A stretch of 64,000 bases of DNA, taken from a virus. The translations under genes were made by a program, and so were the position numbers. Shown here piece after piece: positions 56,942 through 64,000 of the stretch. Location: positions 96,001 through 160,000 of the IMG/VR virus record IMGVR_UViG_3300022602_000031. One strand, written 5' to 3'. The notes below the pieces were generated by a model that had not been told where the DNA came from, searched no databases, and saw only the letters and a program-made list of their open reading frames with translations. Position 1 is the stretch's first letter. Every line of letters begins with the position of its first letter.

Positions 56942-58036
56942 ATGCTATATCTAGTTACCCACCCACTTAAACGTCCAGCAGAAAAACAATTAGATTTACT
57001 ATTAGGTACGCTGGACTTATTTGGCGTTGACTATCAGCAGGTGCCTATAGATCAAATACCCGCAGGAAGCACAGTTATTACTGATTGTTTTATAATGGAA
57101 ACCCCGTCGGGTGATCCCGGGCACGACATAGCACAGCAGATTATCGATGCCTGTACTGGTAGAGATTGTAAACTAGTGTTTTACTACCCTAGCGAAAGTT
57201 ATGCTACACTATCAGCTAGTTTTACGCCTACCGCACATTTATGTCTAGAGCGTAGTATTGAAGCACATTTGATCAAATGCGGTGATTGGGACATTATAGG
57301 ATTTACTAATCATAATTTGCCTGAATTTTTTGCCTGGGTTATCAGTAGTGATTTTAATCTAGCCAGGTTAGCCTACACACAGCAGGCAATAGATCACAAT
57401 CCCAAGACACATCGTTTTTTGTTTTTAAACGGGGAACGTCGCCAAGACCGAGAATATTTTTTTAATCTCTACAAAGATGCTGGCCTACTAGAGTCTAGTA
57501 TATGGAGTTATAGATCAGGTAAAAGCAGTGAAGGCTTTGGCCCCAATGAAGATTGGCCGGATCCTTTTGTACACCCTGACTTCCGTTTCTATGCTTATTA
57601 TCCTAGTCATTTTTATCGTACTAAGATTAGCATCATCAGCGAAACTACACAGATGGAGTTCTTTCCTACAGAAAAAACTTATAAGAGCCTAATGCTTGGA
57701 CACCCATTTGTATTATACGGTGGTAGAGGCAGTTTAGGTAAGCTACAACAACTGGGATTTCGCACATTCGGCCCGTGGATTGATGAAAGCTATGATTTAG
57801 CTGACTATCCCTTGGAACGTGCTGATCGTACTATTCCATTACTTGATCAAATTCCCGAAGATATCATTGAGCTAACACAAGAAGTACGTGATCACAATCG
57901 ACGACAATTTCACGTTGTAGCCCAAAGCATTTATCCTAAATTATTGAATATATTGCAAGATATTGATCGTAGTGTTATAATCAATGAAAGTTTTACAGTT
58001 AATACTAGCATATTAAACAAGTATTTTTTGAATTAA
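56942..58036 (+). CDS. Glycosyltransferase-like protein (paralog 3)
   Basis: FLFLNGERR, IISETT, TEKTYKSLMLGHPF, GFRTFGPWIDESYD. Confidence 0.5.
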   Translation: MLYLVTHPLKRPAEKQLDLLLGTLDLFGVDYQQVPIDQIPAGSTVITDCFIMETPSGDPGHDIAQQIIDACTGRDCKLVFYYPSESYATLSASFTPTAHLCLERSIEAHLIKCGDWDIIGFTNHNLPEFFAWVISSDFNLARLAYTQQAIDHNPKTHRFLFLNGERRQDREYFFNLYKDAGLLESSIWSYRSGKSSEGFGPNEDWPDPFVHPDFRFYAYYPSHFYRTKISIISETTQMEFFPTEKTYKSLMLGHPFVLYGGRGSLGKLQQLGFRTFGPWIDESYDLADYPLERADRTIPLLDQIPEDIIELTQEVRDHNRRQFHVVAQSIYPKLLNILQDIDRSVIINESFTVNTSILNKYFLN

Positions 58037-58039
58037 AAC

Positions 58040-58133
58040 GGAGAGCTGGCCGAGTGGTCGAAGGCACTTCCCTGCTAAGGAAGCATACGGGCTTAAACCT
58101 GTATCGAGGGTTCGAATCCCTCGCTCTCCGCCA
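58040..58133 (+). tRNA. tRNA-Ser(GCT)
   Basis: CTTCC-CTGCTAA-GGAAG, long variable arm, G73, CCA. Confidence 0.95.
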
Positions 58134-58180
58134 AGTTTGTGATAAATAAATACAATAAACACAAATCCCAGGAGTTTTCC

Positions 58181-59146
58181 ATGAATCAAACAAAAACAAT
58201 ACGTTGGGTATTATACCACGAACCGATTGATCTTTTTATTCGCACAGCAGAAGCATTCAGCAAAGAAATCAATCGTTTAACTGATGGTCGCATCAACGTA
58301 GAAATTTACAGCACCAACGAATTTGCTGAAAAATTTAAAAAAGGTGTAAACGTAGAGCCAATGGTTTGGATGCAGGCTGGCGATTGCGAAATGAGCCAGG
58401 TTCAAATTGGCGAAATTGCTAACTGGCATAGCCCAGATTTTTGGGCATTAGAACTACCATTTTTATTCCGCGATCATGATCACGCTACTCGAGCACTAGA
58501 AGGCCCAATTGGGCAAAGTATGTTAAAGAATTTAGAAAATACCAGCCCAGCACGTGGATTGGCATTTACTTACTCAGGTGGATATCGTTGTCTAGCAGTC
58601 GACCGTGAAATTAATACAGCAGAAGGTCTTAAAGGACTAACAGTTATTACTCAAAAAAATCCAATTACAATCGAGACAGCTGAAGCATTTGGTCTAGTTC
58701 CGGTGCCGGTTAATGTTAAAGATCATCTTAACAAAGATAGAAATAAACACACAAACTTCAACGGTAATAACGCAGTTGAAACAACATTACCGCGCTACGA
58801 AGCAGAAGCAAAAACCGAAGCTCATCGTTACATAGCCGATACACGTCACAATATGTATTTGACAAGTATTATCATTGCTAAAGAATTTTGGAATGACTTA
58901 TCTGCTGAAGATCAAGAATTTATTCAACAGGCCGCACTACACAGCAGTCGTTTAGAGCGTCAATGGTCAGTGGCTGATGCTAATAAAATTTCTGACAGCA
59001 AAGAAGAACAAGATAAGTTGGGTGTTACATACAACAATTTTAGCAAAGAAGAAACTGCTAAATTAAAACAAGCAACAGCACATTTGTATGAAAAATACTC
59101 ACAATTTTTTACTCCAGATCTAGTAGATGGAATTATTAAATCCTAA
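58181..59146 (+). CDS. dctP: DctP-like protein without signal peptide, paralog 2
   Basis: MNQTKTIRWVLYHEP...ALELPFLFRDHDHA...GLAFTYSGGYR; TAAATA at 58143-48. Confidence 0.8.
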   Translation: MNQTKTIRWVLYHEPIDLFIRTAEAFSKEINRLTDGRINVEIYSTNEFAEKFKKGVNVEPMVWMQAGDCEMSQVQIGEIANWHSPDFWALELPFLFRDHDHATRALEGPIGQSMLKNLENTSPARGLAFTYSGGYRCLAVDREINTAEGLKGLTVITQKNPITIETAEAFGLVPVPVNVKDHLNKDRNKHTNFNGNNAVETTLPRYEAEAKTEAHRYIADTRHNMYLTSIIIAKEFWNDLSAEDQEFIQQAALHSSRLERQWSVADANKISDSKEEQDKLGVTYNNFSKEETAKLKQATAHLYEKYSQFFTPDLVDGIIKS

Positions 59147-59771
59147 TATCGTTTTTTCAAAATACACAGACAATAAATTAATTGATATAACAGCTCAGGA
59201 TTTGTTTAGTAATAGACGAATCCTGATTTGCTCTGTGGTCCGCCCTCGCGAAAATCTAGATCAAAAATATGCTGATTACATTCAAAGTTTGATTCCGTTT
59301 TATAAACAACACGGAGTCGATGATGTGTATCTTATTAATTCGTCGGCTGGTAAATTTGGCCTGGTTAGATTAGAAAAAAATCATCCACAGATTACCAGCC
59401 TGTACGATAATAATGCTGACTTTGTTCGAGCATTAGCTACACAGTTGAATAAAAAACCCACAGTTGACACTTTGTCCAAATACTGGAGTTATCAGGTTTT
59501 AGTTAATAATGGTAAAGTTGAGCAGTTTTACGAACAACCAACTGAAAATTATATCAAACATATTATTGATGCCGGATATAAAATTGATCTGGGCAACCAT
59601 AAGTTTTTTGCTCTAGAAGGAGATCGGGCATTACATCGCCCTTCGTTGCGGGTAGAAGAACAGCAGTTTGAGCACATAAACATAGAACAAAAACACCTAA
59701 TCACCGGAGCCATTATGTATTTTAATTTATGGCCAAATAACTTGTTGTATAACTATCTAAAGAGTGTATAA
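59127..59771 (+). CDS. Degenerate peroxiredoxin/redoxin-fold protein, paralog 2
   Basis: DLFSNRRILICSV...GVDDVYLINS...YDNNADFV...VNNGKVEQF. Confidence 0.55.
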   Translation: MELLNPNIVFSKYTDNKLIDITAQDLFSNRRILICSVVRPRENLDQKYADYIQSLIPFYKQHGVDDVYLINSSAGKFGLVRLEKNHPQITSLYDNNADFVRALATQLNKKPTVDTLSKYWSYQVLVNNGKVEQFYEQPTENYIKHIIDAGYKIDLGNHKFFALEGDRALHRPSLRVEEQQFEHINIEQKHLITGAIMYFNLWPNNLLYNYLKSV

Positions 59772-59782
59772 TTAACATTGTA

Positions 59783-60050
59783 TTAATAAGTTTGGACAGA
59801 CGGTGTGGCGACCATCTGATACTTGTGGTAGTGTGAGTATTGGCAGGCAGTTGAGCCCCGTGGCATGGAAATGTAATATCGGGTACTCCCGAGGGTATAA
59901 GTAATTTTAGAGCCAAGAAAACGTTGCTAGATTCCATGAAAAACACCCGTGAGGGTTAGCCTTTCGTTGCCGGGTCGCACCCAGCAGGCATTGTGGTCCA
60001 CAGTCGAAAAGCAGATTTTAGTCTGTCCAAACTTATTAAACGGGGTAGCC
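59783..60050 (+). ncRNA. Candidate ~260-nt multibranched non-coding RNA
   Basis: Perfect 19-bp terminal helix 59783-59801/60021-60039; 8-bp second helix 59802-09/59974-81; several internal hairpins; no ORF. Confidence 0.6.
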
Positions 60051-60086
60051 CTTGATAAATAATAACATATACTTGGAGTTTCCCAA

Positions 60087-61043
60087 ATGAGTCAAACAAG
60101 AAAAATCCGTTGGTTAATCGCACATGAGCCCGTAGATCTGTTCCTACGCACAGCCGAAGCATTTCAACAAAAAATCGCCGAATTAACTAACAACGCTTTT
60201 GAAGTAGAAATCTTCACAGCCAGCGAATACAAGACAAAATTTAATAGTTACGATAAAAAAGCCGGCCCAATGGTTGAATTGGACGAAGGCAACATCGAAA
60301 TGAGCCAAATGCATATTACTGAACTAGCAGTATGGCATAACCCAGATTTTTACGCATTAGAAATGCCGTTTATTTTCCGTGATCATGATCACGCTCAACG
60401 TGTACTAGAAGGTCAAATTGGCCGTACAATGTTGGATAATTTAGAACACGAAAGTCCAGCTAAAGGTCTAGCATTTACTTACTCGGGTGGCTTCCGTTGT
60501 GTTGCCAGCGAAGATGAAGTTACCAGCATTGACCAGTTTAAAGGCGCCAAGTTTGCTACAGCGGTTAATCCAGTTACTATTGATACCATTGAAGCATTAG
60601 GTGCAATTCCTGATGTATTCAGTATCAAAGACTTTGCCAAAAAATTAACTGAAGAAGGTAATGATGCCCAGGCATTAGAAACTACTATTCCTCGTTACCT
60701 AGCACAATTTAAAACATCAAACAAGAAATTCTTGTTGAATACCAAACACAGTTTATTCTTAACTACAATTATTGTTGGTAAGAAGTTCTGGAACGAACTA
60801 GATGAAACAACACAGGCCAAGTTCCGTGAAGCCTGTTTGTATGCTAGTCGTTTAGAACGTCAATGGTCAGTTGAAGAAGCAGATGAATTTGCTGATAAAT
60901 TAGATCACAGCGATATTGGTGTTACATACGCAGAATTAAGCGATGCTGAAACTACTAAGTTTAAAGAACTTGTTCAACCACTATATGACAAATACCGTGA
61001 TTTCTTTTATCCCGGTTTAGTTGATGGAATCATTCAAAGCTAA
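60087..61043 (+). CDS. dctP: DctP-like protein without signal peptide, paralog 3
   Basis: MSQTRKIRWLIAHEP...ALEMPFIFRDHDHA...GLAFTYSGGFR; TAAATA at 60056-61. Confidence 0.8.
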   Translation: MSQTRKIRWLIAHEPVDLFLRTAEAFQQKIAELTNNAFEVEIFTASEYKTKFNSYDKKAGPMVELDEGNIEMSQMHITELAVWHNPDFYALEMPFIFRDHDHAQRVLEGQIGRTMLDNLEHESPAKGLAFTYSGGFRCVASEDEVTSIDQFKGAKFATAVNPVTIDTIEALGAIPDVFSIKDFAKKLTEEGNDAQALETTIPRYLAQFKTSNKKFLLNTKHSLFLTTIIVGKKFWNELDETTQAKFREACLYASRLERQWSVEEADEFADKLDHSDIGVTYAELSDAETTKFKELVQPLYDKYRDFFYPGLVDGIIQS

Positions 61044-61566
61044 TTTACTCCCTGTTAGTTTTAAAACCACAATCAACAACCGAGAGGCAACTCTCGGTTT
61101 TGTTGACGTCTTTGCGAATAGACGTATAGTAATTTACAGTCTACCGACGTTACTGACTAAATTTGCCTGGGATCAATTACGTGCCTATGAAGAAGCTAAT
61201 CAACAGATTTTAAATTCTGGAGTCGATCAAATTTATTGTATAAACAGTAACGCTGAAAGTCGTATGCTGGCATATTACGCATCTAAGTTCAGCCAAACAG
61301 TAGTAGCATTACCTGATTTAAACACTACAGTATTACAGGCCATACAACAAGAATTTAGCATCGATAAAGAATTAAAAGACCTAGCAAGGCTATGGCAATA
61401 CATTATTATCGTCAACGATGGCGTCCCAGAAAAGTTGTTTAGTAATCCACTTAAAAAGAATATGCCATTAAGAATTGCCAAAAGCCGTCTGTATCAATAT
61501 CATAATCTAGGGCCAGATGTGGTATTAAAATATTTGACCACACAAGAAAAAATAAGTACAATATAG
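61024..61566 (+). CDS. Degenerate peroxiredoxin/redoxin-fold protein, paralog 3
   Basis: DVFANRRIVIYSLP...GVDQIYCINSN...ALPDLN...IVNDGVPEKLF. Confidence 0.6.
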   Translation: MESFKANLLPVSFKTTINNREATLGFVDVFANRRIVIYSLPTLLTKFAWDQLRAYEEANQQILNSGVDQIYCINSNAESRMLAYYASKFSQTVVALPDLNTTVLQAIQQEFSIDKELKDLARLWQYIIIVNDGVPEKLFSNPLKKNMPLRIAKSRLYQYHNLGPDVVLKYLTTQEKISTI

Positions 61567-61573
61567 TTTTAAT

Positions 61574-61647
61574 GCCCCTTTAGTTAAATGGTATAACGAT
61601 TGATTTGTAATCATTAATTGGCAGTTCGATTCTGTCAAGGGGCACCA
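61574..61647 (+). tRNA. tRNA-Thr(TGT)
   Basis: GCCCCTT/AAGGGGC, loop TTTGTAA, CCA. Confidence 0.93.
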
Positions 61648-61661
61648 CTAATAGAGGATAT

Positions 61662-61835
61662 ATGGAAGAAAAGAAAAGTAAGAATCCTTTTATTGCCGCC
61701 GCAATGGCCGCAAAAGCCGCGGCAGGTAATCCCAAAGTGCCCGGAGCCAAAACAACCGCAGTCCAAAATGCCAAATTCGGCGGCCAAGTTCAAACCAATA
61801 AACCAGCTAAACGTAGCGCCGGTCGCGGAAGATAA
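61662..61835 (+). CDS. 57-aa basic Ala/Lys-rich protein
   Basis: Translated by hand: MEEKKSKNPFIAAAMAAKAAAGNPK...KRSAGRGR; SD GAGGA. Confidence 0.6.
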   Translation: MEEKKSKNPFIAAAMAAKAAAGNPKVPGAKTTAVQNAKFGGQVQTNKPAKRSAGRGR

Positions 61836-61844
61836 CCAAAAACA

Positions 61845-61873
61845 TTGACCACTAATACGAATTGTGTTATACT
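61845..61873 (+). promoter_or_regulatory. sigma70 promoter with extended -10
   Basis: TTGACC(61845-50), 17 bp, TATACT(61868-73), with TG at 61865-66. Confidence 0.7.
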
Positions 61874-61903
61874 GACTACAGTTTAACACTAACCGGAGTT
61901 GTC

Positions 61904-62065
61904 ATGTTTGAATCACTAGAAATCCGCAGAGCGGCAAATGGTTTTATTTTGGTAGTCAATACCGAAGAAGAAGCCCGAGAGTATGTATACGATACCGAAC
62001 GTAAATTAGTTCGTGTTGTTAAGCAATACTTAGGCGAACGAGTAACAGCACAAGAAGCTGAATAA
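61904..62065 (+). CDS. 53-aa hypothetical protein
   Basis: MFESLEIRRAANGFILVV...; SD GGAG. Confidence 0.6.
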   Translation: MFESLEIRRAANGFILVVNTEEEAREYVYDTERKLVRVVKQYLGERVTAQEAE

Positions 62066-63013
62066 TTACCAAACGAAGTTTTTAGCATAGTAGTCTACTA
62101 TGTTTTTTAATTCAGTATCAAATACGGCCTTAGGTTCCCAACCTAGGGCTTTTATTTTGCTGTCATCAATTGCGTAACGCACATCCTGACCTTGACGCTT
62201 GATATTTACATCAAGATGCTCATCATACAATCCCTTACACCCACCCAGGTAGTACATATCAATAATTTTTTTGGCAATAACAATATTTTGTTCTTCGTAG
62301 TTGCCTGAGATATTAAAGATATCGTTTTGTACACCAGCTTCGATTAATGTAATAATAGCTTCGGCTGTATCGCTGGCGTGTAGCCAGGTGCGGCTTGGCA
62401 GGCCAGCATCGTGTAAAGGAATAGGTTTACCTAGACTCAAATACTTAATCGAGTGCGGTATAAACTTTTCTGTATATTGTCCGATACCATAGTTATTAGT
62501 AGGACGTACAATTACATAAGGTACATCAAATGTACGTGCCCAGGCCAGGATCAATTGATCAGCGGCAGCCTTGGTGGCTGAATAGGGGTTACTTGGCTTG
62601 AGCAGGTCTGTTTCTTTATGAAAACCGCTGACAATATCGCCATATACTTCGTCTGTGCTAAAGTGTAGCAGAGTTGGTTTGATCTTACTATTTTTAATAA
62701 GTTCTAATAAACGCCAAACTCCGTTGATATTACTTTTTAGGAATACTTCGCTAGAAGCAATACTATTATCTACGTGTGTTTCTGCGGCTGTATTAATAAC
62801 ATAGTCACATTCGTATAAACGTTCAATGTCATTGATGTCAGTTTCTTCATAGGCAAAGTTTGAGTAATCAAAAAATTCGGTTAGCAGTTCTTCGTTTGAT
62901 GCGTAGGTTATTTTATCAATGCCACGAACAAACCAGCCCTTTTCCAAACAGGCACGAGTAACGTGACTACCAATTAATCCCAAACAACCTGTTACATATA
63001 CTACACGCTTCAT
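62066..63013 (-). CDS. rfbB: dTDP-glucose 4,6-dehydratase-like (RfbB/RmlB)
   Basis: VTGCLGLIGS, AAETHVDNS, STDEVYG, PYSATKAA, NNYGIGQYTEKFIP, GQDVRYAID. Start at ATG 63013. Confidence 0.85.
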   Translation of the reverse strand: MKRVVYVTGCLGLIGSHVTRACLEKGWFVRGIDKITYASNEELLTEFFDYSNFAYEETDINDIERLYECDYVINTAAETHVDNSIASSEVFLKSNINGVWRLLELIKNSKIKPTLLHFSTDEVYGDIVSGFHKETDLLKPSNPYSATKAAADQLILAWARTFDVPYVIVRPTNNYGIGQYTEKFIPHSIKYLSLGKPIPLHDAGLPSRTWLHASDTAEAIITLIEAGVQNDIFNISGNYEEQNIVIAKKIIDMYYLGGCKGLYDEHLDVNIKRQGQDVRYAIDDSKIKALGWEPKAVFDTELKNIVDYYAKNFVW

Positions 63014-63492
63014 ATAGCTCTCCGCAAATTCATATAGCTGGGCTTGCCGTTGTTGATCCACTCGCTAAAATTTTTATTTAATTCTTCTAAACTGCCAGGC
63101 TTGAATACACGAATGTTTGGCAAAGCACGTAAAACCTTTTCGTCATCGTGTGCCCAGTGTGTAATACCATCATGGCTATAATCCTTGTCACGCCCGCTAC
63201 CCAGTAATTTAACTGGAATACGTTCGTAGTCAACATAGTTGCGTAGAAACTCAAACGGGCGATATAGTAGGAAACTACTCATACTATAGCATACTGGTAT
63301 TAGACCTTCCTCTGCCATACCAATACCTACACCAATCATAAGTTGTTCGGCAGCACCTACATTGTAAAAACGATCTGGGTAAGCGTTGCGTATATTATCT
63401 AATATACCAAAGCCTAGGTCGGCAGTAACAACACGTATACGGTCGTTCACTGACATTTCATCTAGTAGTAATTGGGCACATTCTTTTCTCAT
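63010..63492 (-). CDS. Transketolase-like, pyrimidine-binding subunit
   Basis: TADLG...RFYNVGAAEQLMIGVGIGMA...DGITH. Confidence 0.85.
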   Translation of the reverse strand: MRKECAQLLLDEMSVNDRIRVVTADLGFGILDNIRNAYPDRFYNVGAAEQLMIGVGIGMAEEGLIPVCYSMSSFLLYRPFEFLRNYVDYERIPVKLLGSGRDKDYSHDGITHWAHDDEKVLRALPNIRVFKPGSLEELNKNFSEWINNGKPSYMNLRRAI

Positions 63493-64000
63493 AGGAATTG
63501 TTCGTAGTCTTCTGGTTTAAGTACATAGTAATGAGTTAGCAGGCCTTTGGCAAATGACCATTCAGGTACCTGACTAACACGCAAATTAATTCTGGGCATA
63601 AAGGTTTGTAATCGACAAGCAAGTAGTCCAGCGTCGATCTTATCGTACGCACCCATACCATTGATATTAGCATACACTTCAAGATTGTTGACCTGATTGT
63701 CTGTAATAAAACGTAGGCTTTCCCATATACTGCCTTCGGCAGCCTCGCCGTCACTGATTAAACAATAAACTTTCTTATTAGGAGTTGCTAATGCGTGTCC
63801 GACAGCAATAGGCAAGCCAGATCCCAAACTACCTGTAGAACAGTATAACTTATTTTCTAGGTCTTTACCTGGATGGATACCGTGTTTGTGTAACAACATA
63901 ACCGGATCAATGCCGTATTTTTCTTCTAGCATAACATACAAGGCAAGTCCGGCGTGTCCGTTACTAAGGATGAATACCTCATCATCCTTTTTAACATTAT
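63489..64000 (-). CDS. Transketolase-like, N-terminal TPP-binding subunit (partial, runs off window end)
   Basis: The frame stays open to the window edge: VFILSNGHAG, STGSLGSG, SDGEAAEGSIWE...N. Confidence 0.85.
   Translation of the reverse strand, partial: NVKKDDEVFILSNGHAGLALYVMLEEKYGIDPVMLLHKHGIHPGKDLENKLYCSTGSLGSGLPIAVGHALATPNKKVYCLISDGEAAEGSIWESLRFITDNQVNNLEVYANINGMGAYDKIDAGLLACRLQTFMPRINLRVSQVPEWSFAKGLLTHYYVLKPEDYEQFL

Noticed and set aside
59783-60039. Firm call of RNase P RNA, tmRNA or self-splicing intron
   Set aside because: It lacks canonical P4/CR-I, tRNA-like ends with a tag ORF, and group I/II core motifs; kept only as a candidate ncRNA.

Overview
This AT-rich 64-kb window comes from a large T4-like (myovirus, jumbo-type) bacteriophage genome and uses the standard genetic code. 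The left third (1-23.6 kb) holds virion morphogenesis genes: neck and tail-completion proteins, a giant tail sheath, tail tube, gp4-like head completion nuclease, probable internal head proteins and the terminase large subunit. The middle (23.6-38.3 kb) interleaves gp32 SSB, UvsX and UvsY with glycosyltransferase-like, sulfotransferase-like, radical SAM and methyltransferase genes and a DNA methyltransferase. The right part (38.3-64 kb) is an accessory region with 23 CCA-encoding tRNA genes read by eye, many tailoring enzymes and three DctP-like + peroxiredoxin-fold gene pairs. The standout finding is a previously unannotated transcription attenuator (41846-42068). A perfect sigma70 promoter drives a near-leaderless 41-codon peptide that contains all 20 amino acids and 32 different codons. 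Its last codons form the 5' arm of an antiterminator that is mutually exclusive with an intrinsic terminator placed upstream of the tRNA region. I infer a general sensor of tRNA or translation failure that switches on phage tRNA supply. Other highlights are (i) a RiPP-like cluster of a 17-Cys, Asn-Cys-repeat precursor, SPASM radical SAM, 2OG-Fe(II) oxygenases, a flavin halogenase and a B12 radical SAM under a T4 late-type promoter, (ii) three candidate structured non-coding RNAs, one c-di-GMP-I-like and one with RNase-P-like outer topology, and (iii) signal-peptide-less DctP paralogs that lack the carboxylate-binding Arg. All assignments rest on motif recognition by eye; no database searches or folding programs were run.
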